64,000 nt of DNA from Octopus vulgaris (taxonomy: Eukaryota). Below are positions 25,676 through 37,180 of this stretch, piece by piece. The DNA lies in assembly GCA_951406725.2 (NCBI GenBank), contig OX597827.1, positions 20,770,001-20,834,000 of the forward strand. Direction: 5' to 3'. The position numbers and the translations under genes are program-made. Numbering within the stretch: the first letter of the stretch is position 1; each line of letters begins with the position of its first letter. The notes under the pieces were generated by a model. The model did no database searches. It saw only the letters and a list, made by a program, of their open reading frames with translations, and was not told the DNA's origin.

Positions 25676-27569
25676 TATATACATATACATACATACATGC
25701 ATATACGTACATGTACATAATATGTATATATATATTTATACATATACATTGAAACAGCTAGAGGTCCATCTATCCATTCGTGCACACACACACACACACA
25801 TACATACACAAACATTGCAGTTGTTGTTACTGTTGTTTGTGTAGGTCTCTTTGTGTTAGCTGTTGTTGTTGTTGTTGTTGTTATATGTTGCCTGTGGATC
25901 TGATCTGCCCACCAGCCAAAGCATTGGTTCATATCCCTAATTAGGTTAAATCCTCTCCGTGAAGCTGTTCAGCGCTAATCCGATTGAACGGGATCGCACT
26001 TACTCCCACTACCACCAGTTTGCTGATTGCTCACAACCCCCATCATAATAATCACTGTAAGCAGCAACTACATAGCAACGACAACAACAACAACAACACC
26101 ATCATCATTATCATTACTAGCATCGTAATCAGTTCATTGATCGATTATTACCATCATAGTGATAATCATCATCATTACCCTAAGCTGACAACATAGCCAT
26201 GATCATCATCATCATCACCCTCGTAATCCTTGTTGTAATCACTATTACCATAATCAATATCTTATTCATTCTCAACCTCCACAACTGACATCACCACCAC
26301 CACCACCTCCATCATCATCATCATTCCTGCTATCAAAAGTAACTAAATATTACTATCATCACCTTCGTTTATCATAGCTATCATCATTGCCATCATATCC
26401 ACTGTCATCATCATCATCATCATCATAACCACTGCCATGAGCCACCACCACCACCTTCATCATCATCATCATCATCGTCATCATCTTCATCAGTAGCAGT
26501 GTATTATTTCTATTTTCTTTCCTCTTTATCATCATCATCTGTGACATACTTCCTTTAAAGTACCTCTATGCAGGTACCTATCCATCATCCCCACCCTCAC
26601 CCCACCCCCACCACCTCGAAGCAACTTTTACCACCCCATACACTTTCTCTCTTCTCCCATCCCTTTTGCTTTTTCTCTCCCTCCCCTTACCCCTCCTCCT
26701 CCTCCTTTCTCGCTAGCTTTTTGCTCACTCCTCTGCTGTCCACTTTGCTTTAATTATCTAATGCATTAAGTTAATTAAGTTCATTAATTAATTAACAAAC
26801 CAAAGGCCACTACTTGCATTGCACTGCTTCAGTTCTCTTGCCTGAAACTTAACTAAAGTAGCTGCCACCATCACCATCACCACCACCACCACAATAATAT
26901 CAACAACAACGTGTGGGAGCTTTTACAATGTTACTTTAACTGTTAGAAAAAGCAACCAAATATCCCTCATATTCCACCTCTACCAGGTAAAAAAAAAAAA
27001 AGAAAAACACAGTGGTCAGAGCCAAATTTATTTGATGACAGATCGGCTCAGTCACAGCTAGCCTGGAGCTAAACAACAACAACAACAACAAGAGTAAGGG
27101 CAATAATATAATAATTCTCTCAATTGCTGCAGCTACAAGAATGAGGTCCTATATAGGGTTGCTCAACCACATAGAAATAGCAGCCAAATGAATGTCCCTT
27201 AAACCACACACCAATGCCTGAAGATTGAACACACTGGATAATGCAGTCTAGGATACACTTTAACTGAAAAATGATGAGGTGGTCATGGCTGGAGTTGCTT
27301 TCATCATAATTCAGTTTGGTTAAGGCTGATGTTTTCTTTTTTAGTGGCTGTTTCTGGAAGAAGTGACTGTGGCCATGAGATTTGCAAATCTTACAAGACT
27401 GATGAGATTGATGTTGTTAACGTTCTGCTTAAACTATGGAAATCAACACAAAGAAACGAGCAAGGAGAGAGTTCCAGAGGACCAATGTTCTGCAAAAGAA
27501 GAATTGTGTGTTGTAGTTTGTGGGGCTCTATTCTCTAAACACTCATAAAATTTTGCACGCCTCTGATTT

Positions 27570-29000
27570 TTCCCCATCATAACCAGGCTCCTTGGTGCTG
27601 CATCCCATCATTGTTGCTGGCTCTTTCTCCTCCTTAATGCTCACACTTCATTCCAGATCAGTAACCTCCTTCACTTTCCTTACACTTTGTCATGCCAGGG
27701 TGTCATGTTCCTACCCAGGCTAGTCCTTCCATAAGGTACAACACCCCACAGCACTCAATGTCTTAGTCATGACTTTACAGCCTCAACTACTCTCCACAGT
27801 CATCTTGTACTGATCTCAATACCAGCCTGACAGACTTTTGGATCACAAGAGCCTTGGTATTGCAGCACCTCCTCAACACAAGTCACCACAAATTCTATGT
27901 CCAAGCTGCTGATGGGAGACCTTCAACTCATTTTCCTGTCCATTCTAAGTGATGCTGCCTGAGCTCTGAGAGAGTCCCAGCTGTTTCCACAGGAACCTGT
28001 GAACCCTTCTCTCCAATCCCTCTACTGTGGATACTGGGACCTCATATATGAAAAGTGACCAAAGAATTTGTAGGAGGATGCATCCAGGTCTTAAAATTTC
28101 CAGATAGACACTTGTCCCCAGTGGATAGACAGGCTTCCAATTCTTGGTAGGTCTCATGGATAGATGATGTATCTTTGAGGCTGCTTGTAAACACCTCTCC
28201 CAGGCCCTTCCCTGCTTTCTCAGTGGTATCTCTACACTACAAACCAACCAAGAAGTTGAACCTTTCTTCAGCACAGGATATCTGAACTTGAATGATTTGG
28301 AACTCGAGCGACTCCAAGTCATCAACTCCGCAAGACTCTTTAGGATCCTCCTGCCCTTCAGGACTGATATTTTCATAATGCGGTCATCCATAAAGGCCGA
28401 GTGGGATGGCTCAATGGACACTAGACATGGCGAGCAGCCCTCTGCACATCAGCTGATTTTGCTGGTATGTTCAATGCAAGTGCAAAAAGGGTCACTGAGC
28501 TAGTATGCTCAGTGGTATGTACTCTGCTTGAGCTTTTGTCACTCTGATGTCATAGTAGTGTAGAATGAAGTCATGATGTCTGTTCAAAGACTCTTCAGCC
28601 AATTTATGAAATATGAACCAATAGGCATTTGCTACATTTAGCCACAACTCCTTTATTCTCTTGAGATCCCCTGATTAACTGGGTGACCACACCTAAGTGC
28701 TCCAGGCAGCCTGATATCTTTAAGATGCCAGCTTTCTGAACTGAAGTATCAATGCAGAAATTCCTCAGGATGTAGTCCTTTAGGAGTTCAGCGTTAACCC
28801 TGAAGACTGAGTAGCAACATTATTCGAAACTGATCTTTCACACTTCCTTCTTTAGAATCCATATCTCTTTTGCACACCTTCACTACTAAGCTGCCTTTTC
28901 TCTCCTTAGTATCTGGAACCTACAGAGCACCCTTGAGCAATTCTTACACACTATGTAAGGTGGCCCACTTCATCATGGAGCTGATTCTGTCCTTGTCTTC
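27570..29000 (-). pseudogene. Decayed HERO/R2-like (RLE-clade) non-LTR retrotransposon RT region
   Basis: Catalytic AFMDD at 28397-28383. Further fragments GCLEHLGVVTQLI, ILKSLAELMTWSR..VLKKG, ILWSLFIYEVPVSTVEGLERRV.RFL..LGL, DPKVCQAGIEI and QHQGAW. Frameshifted. Confidence 0.75.
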
Positions 29001-29109
29001 TTGATTCTCTTTCCTTCTTATATTTTACACAAACCTGAAGCATACAAATTAAATGATTCCAAAATATCCCTGTTTGCTTTGACTTCATCATTACATCTTA
29101 TTTATAGAC

Positions 29110-29437
29110 ATCATCATCCTCCACCTCCTCCTCATCGTTTAACGTCTGTTTTCCATGCTAGCATGGGTTGGACGGTTCAACCGGGGTCTGGGAAGCCAGG
29201 AGGCTGCACCAGGCTCCAGTCTGATCTGGCAGTGTTTCTACAGCTGGATGCCCTTCCTAACAGCAACCACTCCATGAGTGTAGTGGGTGCTTTTTACATG
29301 CCACTGGCACAGGTGCCAAGGGAGGCTAGCAATGGCCACGATCGGTTGGTGCTTTTTACGTGCCACTGGCACGGAAGCCAGTCAAGGCAGTGCTGGCATC
29401 GACCACATACGGATGGTGCTTTTTACGTGCCACTGGC
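29110..29437 (-). mobile_element. RTE tail with three about 62 bp sub-repeats
   Basis: Reverse complement of the tail family. Confidence 0.88.
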
Positions 29438-29844
29438 CTAAATAAATATATTTAAACAGGCACGAAAATGGTATCAGATAAAATAGATTCTTATGTTCCT
29501 ATTAGCTTTCTGCACTCAGACATCATATCTCATCAAGGTCTTTTTTTCCTTCCATTTTTTTTTTGGGGGGGGGGTCATGAAATGTCATAATATTTCTTCT
29601 CTCTCTCTCTCTCCTTCTCTCTGCAAGAAATTATTCGAGATCTATCCCCGAGAGGATGGACTGTCTGATTTAAACGCTAGTCTAAATATATGCCTGACAC
29701 TGTACCTACAACTACATCACAATTAATGGACTCGTTATGTTCAGACACATTCACACACTCTCAACACATACATAACATATATATGTGTATGTGTGTATTT
29801 ACATACACACACACACACACACATATATTTATATATATATGTGC

Positions 29845-30423
29845 ATGAGTCATCTAAGTGACTATAAGCCAGGGAAAAGCTGCACTTGTATATCTGTCAG
29901 TAGAGTGGATATATTACCCGAAATGTGTAGTATTAAATATCCATCACAGCTGGTTTTACCAATTAGTTTCATGTAAAGAATACAATGGAGTGTTATATAA
30001 CAAACTGATTATATAACTTTACACTCATCAGAGTTAGCTGATATGGAAGGGAATATGGTGACTGTTCCCTGTTGTTGGTGGTGGATTAGCACAACCGGTC
30101 TGCAGCTGTTGTGAAAAAGGTGGTGGAACGAAAAAGGGTCCAGAGGATTAGTTTAGGGACTATGTCCCTTGATTGGGTATGCTGTACAGCTGGCAAGAGT
30201 TATCTTGAAGTGTGGAAAGTGTGTATATTTAATGTGGTGCTCCTTTGGGGATGGGGTGTGTGGTAAGTGTAATGGTGTCATATGTATAGCATTTTTCCGG
30301 GGGTGTAGGTATATATAGCTGTGTTTGTTGGTCTGTTTTCTTTCTGCAAAGGATAAAGTCGTGGGGTGGGGTTGTGCATGAGCATAAAGTTATATAATCA
30401 GTTTGTTACCTAACACTCCATTG
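29845..30423. mobile_element. Penelope-like relic with 46 bp inverted repeat and hammerhead motif
   Basis: 29983-30028 is inverted at 30378-30423. A minus-strand hammerhead lies at 29947-30040. Microsatellites flank both sides. Confidence 0.6.
29947..30040 (-). ncRNA. Type I hammerhead ribozyme motif (GUA site), stem I degenerate
   Basis: CAGCTAACT CTGATGA GTGTAAAG[..]CTTTACAT GAAA CTAATTGG TA AAACCAGCTG. Stem II has 8 bp and the stem III loop is AATT. Confidence 0.6.
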
Positions 30424-30450
30424 TGTGTGTGTGTGTATATATATATTAAA

Positions 30451-30741
30451 TTTCTTTTCAGAATGAGATAAAAAAACAAGGCTGTGAAGATTTTAGAACA
30501 TTTATAAATAGGTCTTACAGCTGTTTCCAGGATAATTATTATATCCCTTCATCGGAGATGGTGTAAGAAAGTGGTTAAGCAATAGTTAAATTAGATAAGA
30601 TATGAAATAGAGAGTGAAGTGAAAATAGATGTGAGATATGCAGGGATATTGCATTTGTAGATCCAGCTGTAAGACTTTCTATTAATAAATGTTCTAAAAT
30701 CTTCACAGCCCTGGTTTTTTTTATTGCATTCTGAAAAGAAA
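30451..30741. mobile_element. Penelope-like relic with about 75 bp terminal inverted arms and hammerhead motif
   Basis: 30451-30523 is inverted at 30664-30741. Minus strand reads TCT CCGATGA AGGGATA..TATCCTG GAAA CAGCTG TA AGA (30513-30561, U4C). Confidence 0.6.
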
Positions 30742-30759
30742 AATGTTTATATTTTGCTT

Positions 30760-31014
30760 ACAAACCACATGATTCCATGTTCAGTCTCACTGGGCAAGTA
30801 TCTCCTACTATAGCCTCAGGCCAACCAAAGCCTTGTGAGTGGATTTGGTCGACGGAAACTGAAAGAAACCTGTCTTATATATGTATATATATATATCTAT
30901 ATTCTTTTTTCTTTTTCCGACCAGACCATCAGATGTTGCTACACATCGCTGGTCACAATGCATTCGCATTGTTTTAGCCTTCGAATGACGCCATCCCGCT
31001 GGCTAAGCGAGCAG

Positions 31015-31075
<61 letters not shown>

Positions 31076-31283
31076 ATATGTTTGTGTGTCTGTGTTTGTC
31101 CCCCCAACATCACTTGACAACCGATGCTGGTGTGTTTACGACCCTGTAACTTAGCGGTTCAGCAAAAGAGAACCGATAGAATAAGTACTAGGCTTACAAA
31201 GAATAAGTCCTGGGGTCAATTTGCTTGACTAAAGGCGGTGCTCCAGCATGGCCACAGTCACATGACAGAAACAAGTAAAAGAG
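30760..31283 (+). mobile_element. SINE family A with a foreign about 100 bp insert in its microsatellite
   Basis: Head and 3' half match 790-1203. 30917-31018 is extra. Confidence 0.85.
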
Positions 31284-31436
31284 TATATATATACACACGC
31301 TGATATATGACCTACGTTGGACTCCTTATTCGCATAATCACCGAACCTGGAGCTTAACTATGGTCTATCCATAGCACTTACTTATAGCATTACCTAACAC
31401 CTTTGGGTCTTACTGACACCATTACCTCTCATAACC

Positions 31437-31483
<47 letters not shown>

Positions 31484-31626
31484 ATATATATATGTGTGTG
31501 TATATATATGTGTGTATATATATATGTGTGTATATATATGTGTGTGTATATATATGTGTGTGTATATATATGTGTGTATATATGTGTGTGTATATATATG
31601 TGTGTATATATGTGTGTGTATATATA

Positions 31627-31668
<42 letters not shown>

Positions 31669-33091
31669 GAGAGAGAGAGAGAGATTATACAATAATACAC
31701 AGGATAGATTGGAAGTTGAAAATTTCACAGTGCTAATAAAAGGTTTTCATTTACAATATTTGGAGACTGCAAAAGTACTCAATACAAGTTTCTGCTGGAA
31801 TGGTGTAGTGTCTGTTAATTTATGTTAATCTATGCAAAATGACTTTACCACTTCATTGATAGCATGAAGCAACACACAGTAGGCCGGGCCTTTCACAATG
31901 GCAACATATTACCAGTGTGTGTTGTGATGAAGAGGGTCAATTGAATGGCTCCATCTCTCATGGAATTCACAATGTTGCAATGTTGGCTAATTTCACAAGC
32001 GTTGCTGTAGAATCACAAATAGGATCCTGTGGAAAAAATGGTCAATAAGTCTCCTTGCTACTTTTCATGGATTGATTGCTGCAAAGACTGAAGGAAATCA
32101 GCACAATATTGATCCGTAATATGGATCTTGTAATCCATGCTGTCAATAAGGATTACATGCTCACTGGCTGACAGAATGGTGCATGTCATTTCGATGGTAC
32201 TGGTTTAGATCTTGTATTTCTTCGATGTAGGGATGGGGCAGGCATTAGTGTATTTTCATCATGTCAGTTCATGTTTTGTTCGGAACAGATTTACAAGAAT
32301 TTATTTAATTTCCAGCTTTTGATTAACATCTCAGAACCCTATTCACTTGTAGAATTATGCTGAGATGAGAACAGACCTGGGACTATATAACGATGACAAC
32401 AACAACAACAGCAACAACAGCAACATCAACATCAACAACAACAACAACAACAACAACGACAGCAGCAGCAGCAGCAACAACAGCAATCTTCTCCTTCCCT
32501 GCTTTTGGGTCAATCAGCCAAAGGATTCTTCTTTGAATTTAAATATTCAAAGAATGCCAAATCAACTGAACCATTCTTGTTTTACCAGTTACAGTCATTG
32601 GACAGTACCTAGGATGGTACTGTCACATTCAAAAGTCAACTCAATAATTTTACTACTCTGACTAATTAACTAGTATTTATTTGGTAACACCATTCCTGAC
32701 AAATCACAAATTTGTTTCTAAAGTGTCGCATGATTTAAAAAATTTTGATTTATGATCACAACTTGCTCTGCAAAACTGTGCTTTCTTTCTCTCTCTCTCC
32801 CATACACACACACACACATGCACACATAAATATTCATTCAATTTTACCTGTTTTTCCACACCTGCCTAAGTTGGACATTTATCGAGGCATTGCTTTGATA
32901 GCTCAATGCCCTTCCTGTAAGCAACCCTTCCTCAATTTTCTTGTAAGGGGGAGCACCAAGCTACATAACTTCAAAAGGACAAAGTCAGCAGACAAGTGGT
33001 ATGACAACAACATCACTGTCCATGGCTGAGGGATTTGGGGACAAGAGCAAACATAAATAAACACTCAGATGTACACACACACACACACACG

Positions 33092-33240
33092 CTTTAGTTT
33101 CTGTCCACCAAATCCACTCACAAGGCTTCAGTCAACTCCTGGCTGTAGTTGAAGACACTTGCCCAAGGTGTGATAAAGTGGGACCGAATCTGATACTCTG
33201 TGGTTGGAAAGGAGACTTCTTAGCCATACAGCCATTCATG
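33092..33240 (-). mobile_element. SINE family A head, diverged
   Basis: AAATCCACTCACAAGGCTT..GAAGACACTTGCCCAAGG. Confidence 0.75.
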
Positions 33241-33280
33241 CACTTACACACATATATCTATAAACACACATGCATATATA

Positions 33281-33583
33281 GTGGCACATAAAAAGCACCA
33301 TCCGATTGTGGCCGTTGCCAGCCTCGCCTGGCCCCCGTGCCAGTGGCACGTAAAAAGCACCATCCAACCATGGCTGTTTGCCAGCCCTGTCTGGCACATA
33401 AAAAGCACCCACTACACTCATGGAGTGGCTGGCGTTAGGAAGGGCATCCAGCCGTAGAAACATTGCCAGATCAAACTGGGCCTGGTGCAGCCTTCTGGCT
33501 TCCCAGACCCCAGTTGAACCGTCCAACCCATGCTAGCATGGAAAGCGGACGCTAAACAATGATGATGATGATGATGATGATGA
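33281..33583 (+). mobile_element. RTE tail with three sub-repeats
   Basis: Tail family with (GAT)n end. Confidence 0.88.
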
Positions 33584-34462
33584 CTCCCTTACACCAATCT
33601 CTGTAGAAGAATATGAGGAGAAGTTAGTTTCAGTTTCTTGTTTCTCCTCTGACACTCTCTGCATCTCCATCTTCCCATTTATTGTTAAACAACAGATTGA
33701 ATTTATTAAAAAAAAAGAAACCATTTCACGTAAAAGAAAAACATGAAAAAAAAAACAATAACAGTAACATTTTATTTTCCGGTTAATGCATTTATTATCA
33801 ATTTTGTCCTGCTTCTAGACAGTTCTATTAAAATTTGAGAGAGAGTAGTTATGGGGTATCTATAGTGTAAATAGTAACACGTTTACCTGGTGAGGAAAGG
33901 GGTGCAATTTCCTGCAGTTTCCTGTCAGTCAGCTTACTCTTACTTTTTATTCATAAACAGTTGTTTACAATGTAAACCATTCCCTGATGCTTGCATTGTA
34001 TAACTCCTCTCTCTCTCTCTCTCTCTCTTTATATATATTGCTATTAGATTGGTATACAATATTGTAAGCAATATTTTCAAAAGTTAAATTCAATCTCTCT
34101 CTCTCTCTGTCAATTTGTTCACTTGCTTTACTTCTGTCTTACCATGCCTGCATGGGTTTGATGAATATGTTATTTGAGGCATTGTTTTACAACTGGACGC
34201 TCTTCCTGTCACTAACCCTCACCTGTCCTGAAGTAACAGATTTCTTATTTCACATGGCTTCAAAGGCACAAAGCCACTGGGTAATTTGTTGACTAGGGAA
34301 ATGACATCCCTATTTTATTTACCCTTCTATCTGTCTGTCTGTCTGCCTGCCTATCTCTCTCTCTATCTCCCCCTCTCTCTCTCTCTCTATCTCCCCCCTC
34401 TCTCTCTATCTATCTATCAAACATGGTATATGTGTGTATATTTGTGGCAACTTATATATATA

Positions 34463-34506
<44 letters not shown>

Positions 34507-34983
34507 TGTGTGTATATATGTTAAAAGAAAGGAGCAGAGCGACTGTATGTTTATTTTGATAGAAAGGCTGATCTTTTTATTGACATCAGTGTAAACACCC
34601 CAAAACTTACGTTAGGCAAAGGGTTGGGGGGGAAAATTGAGTCAAAAATGTTGTTGTGGCCTCTGAACTATCTTGACAACTACCTCCACAACCACCACCA
34701 CCACCTCTCCAATACAAAACCACTGCCTAGACACTACCAACAACCACCACCACCACCACCACCTCTACAGACAATGATGGAAGCAGATCTGGCATTGCTG
34801 CAGCTGCTGCTGGTGCTGCCGCTGCCAGTAATAGTTTGTACAGCAGTACTGACTGCAAAGACTAACAGCCAGTTGCAACAATGCTAATGGTGCATTCATT
34901 AGTTCTGCTACTAAACCAGCAGCTGCTGCACTTACAACTGAAAAAAAAAAGAAAAACAAACGCGAGAAGCGACTAACTGTAAA

Positions 34984-35447
34984 CAACAACAGGTTATAGG
35001 CAATATCAAGCTATAGGCAGCAACAGGTTAAAGGCAACAATAGGTTAAAGACAACTACAGGTTAAACGTAGCTACAGGTTATAGGCAGCAGCAGCAGACT
35101 ATAGGCAACATCAGGTTATAGGCAGCTGCAGACTATAGGCAACATCAAGTAATAGGCAGCTGCAGACTATAGGCAACATCAGGTTATAGGCAGCTGCAGA
35201 CTATAGGTAACATCAGGTTATAGGCAGCTGCAAACTATAGACAACATCAGGTTATAGACAGCTGCAGTCTATAGGCAACATCAGGTTATAGGCAGCTGCA
35301 GACTATAGGCAACATCAGGTTATAGGCAGATGCAGACTATAGGCAACATTAAGTTATAGGCAGCAGCAGACTATAGGCAACATCAGGTTATAGGCAGCTG
35401 CAGGCTAAGGCAACATCAGGTTGTAAGCAACAACAGGTCATAGGCAT
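34984..35447. repeat. Minisatellite with 34 bp unit made of two 17 bp subunits (TATAGGCAACATCAGGT / TATAGGCAGCTGCAGAC)
   Basis: Read directly. Homogeneous core about 35099-35420 with decayed edges. Confidence 0.95.
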
Positions 35448-35821
35448 ATTGTGTGTTGTAGTTGACGATGGACACAAATGACAGACTTTGATAATCAATG
35501 ACAACAGACTTGAAAACAGCAACAACGAAAGACAAGAAAACAATAACAAATGCCAGGTAACAGGGAGTTTTCAGTGTTTTTACCTGAGCAAAAGATTCCA
35601 GCAGCAGTGACTTAATGCAAAGTTTTGTTGGAGATTTTTGTTCTTCACCTGACCCTGGTGTGTTATCAACCTCAGAAAACTAAAAGGGAATCCAACCTAT
35701 GTCCATCAGACAATATCTAAACAAATCAACTGATCTCCTAAAATCTCTGTGGAAATCATTAACCCTCAACTATATCAACCCATTTCCCACTATTTCTGTG
35801 GCACCAATTACTTTATATATT

Positions 35822-36080
35822 GACTGGCTTCCGCACCAGTGGCGCATAAAAAGCACCAACCGATCATGGTCGTTGCCAGCCTCCTCTGGCCCCTGTGCTG
35901 GGGGCACGTAAAAAGCACCCACTACACTCACGGAGTGGTTGGCGTTAGGAAGGGCATCCAGCTGTGGAAACACTGCCAAGTCAGACTGGAGCCTGGCGCA
36001 GCCTCCTGGCTTCCCAGATCCCAATCAAACCGTCCAACCCATGCCAGCATGGAAAACAGACGTTAAACGATGATGATGAT
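35822..36080 (+). mobile_element. RTE tail
   Basis: Tail family. Confidence 0.88.
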
Positions 36081-36224
36081 TTTTTTGTATATAAACCACA
36101 GTTCAATTGCACCCCTTTCATGTTTATAATACTTTGATTCCATGCCCCAGCATGGCCAGAGCCAATGACTGAAACCAATAATAGAATAACTAAATACATG
36201 TCATGTTTCTTGTCATAAATACAA

Positions 36225-36450
36225 CTTTTGATCTTTTGCTTGTTTCGGTCATTAGACTGCGGCCATGCTGGGGCAGCACTGCCTTCAATTTTTAGTCAAA
36301 TAAATCAATGCCAGAACTTATTTTTTAAAAAGAATCTGGTATTGATTCTATTGGTCTTTTTTGCCAAACTGCTAAGTTAGAGAGATGTAACCATACCAAC
36401 ACCAGTTGTCAAGCAGTGGTAGGGGACAAGCATAGACACAAAGACACACA
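36225..36450 (-). mobile_element. SINE family A 3' half
   Basis: Reverse complement of ..GCTTGACAAC..CCAGCATGGCCGCAGTC.AATGACCGAAACAAG. Confidence 0.75.
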
Positions 36451-36514
36451 CACACACACACAGACATACATATATACATATATATACATATATATGTATA
36501 TATATAAAAAAAAA

Positions 36515-37029
36515 CTTTTATCATTAATTAATAAATCTTAGGCTAGCAAAAAAATTTTTAGAAAAATTATTTGCTACTAGTGGTCTAGCGAGAAGGAAAA
36601 ATTAGTCAATAGACTATATATTATTCATATAAAAATACAGTGTACATTTAAACACATAAGAGATGACCATAATAGGACATCTGACCCACTAGGAAGAGCA
36701 GTTAAACTCCAAACCACTAATAGTTGTAATTCTGAAAGGGAATGAGAAATAAAAACGTTTACCTATCTTTCCTGGACTATGTATAGTTTCGACAATCTTT
36801 TGTAAATAAAATAAAATGATTTTAATTTACAATTGGCGTTGCCATCTTCAGCAGGAAGCCAAGGCTAACATATAGGCACAAGGTGATAAAGACCATGCCT
36901 CGTGTTTATATGTTATAACTTTTCAAAATCCACCACGTACGCGCAGTTTTTTCGGCAGTAAATACAAGTGCCAATTTTCTTTCAAAATTAGCCAAAAAAG
37001 CCTTTTATCATTAATTAATAAATCTTAGG
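36515..37029 (-). mobile_element. Terminally redundant 487 bp hammerhead-containing unit (retrozyme / Penelope pLTR-like)
   Basis: Exact 28 bp direct repeat CTTTTATCATTAATTAATAAATCTTAGG at 36515-36542 and 37002-37029. TA-repeat flanks, no ORF and a central hammerhead. Confidence 0.65.
36769..36857 (-). ncRNA. Canonical type I hammerhead ribozyme (GUC site)
   Basis: TTCCTG CTGAAGA T GGCAA[..TTGTAAAT..ATTTACAA..]TTGTC GAAA CTATACATAG TC CAGGAA. Perfect 6 bp stem I, all core nucleotides present, cleavage predicted between 36775 and 36774. Confidence 0.8.
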
Positions 37030-37180
37030 GTATATATGTTTAAATATCACTCTCACTGAATGACTGACAATTATATTAAAGCATCTAACAGACATTAGGA
37101 TTACATCCAGCAGATAAAGACTTGTGCATATATGTTTCATATACGAGAAAAGTGTGTGTGTGTGTGTGTGTGTATTGATT

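Noticed and set aside
29348-29364. GGTGCTTTTTACGTGCC resembling a histone 3' stem-loop
   Set aside because: Length and pairing deviate from the 16 nt consensus, it is antisense to the RTE and there is no histone gene.
31750-32300. Possible old LINE coding remnant (also 39700-40990 and 9640-10120)
   Set aside because: No recognisable motif could be read confidently; this needs BLASTx.
33281-33410. GGCACGTAAAAAGCACC repeats with intervening sequence, superficially CRISPR-like
   Set aside because: The intervening segments are homologous to each other, the array is part of the RTE 3' UTR, the context is eukaryotic and there are no cas genes.
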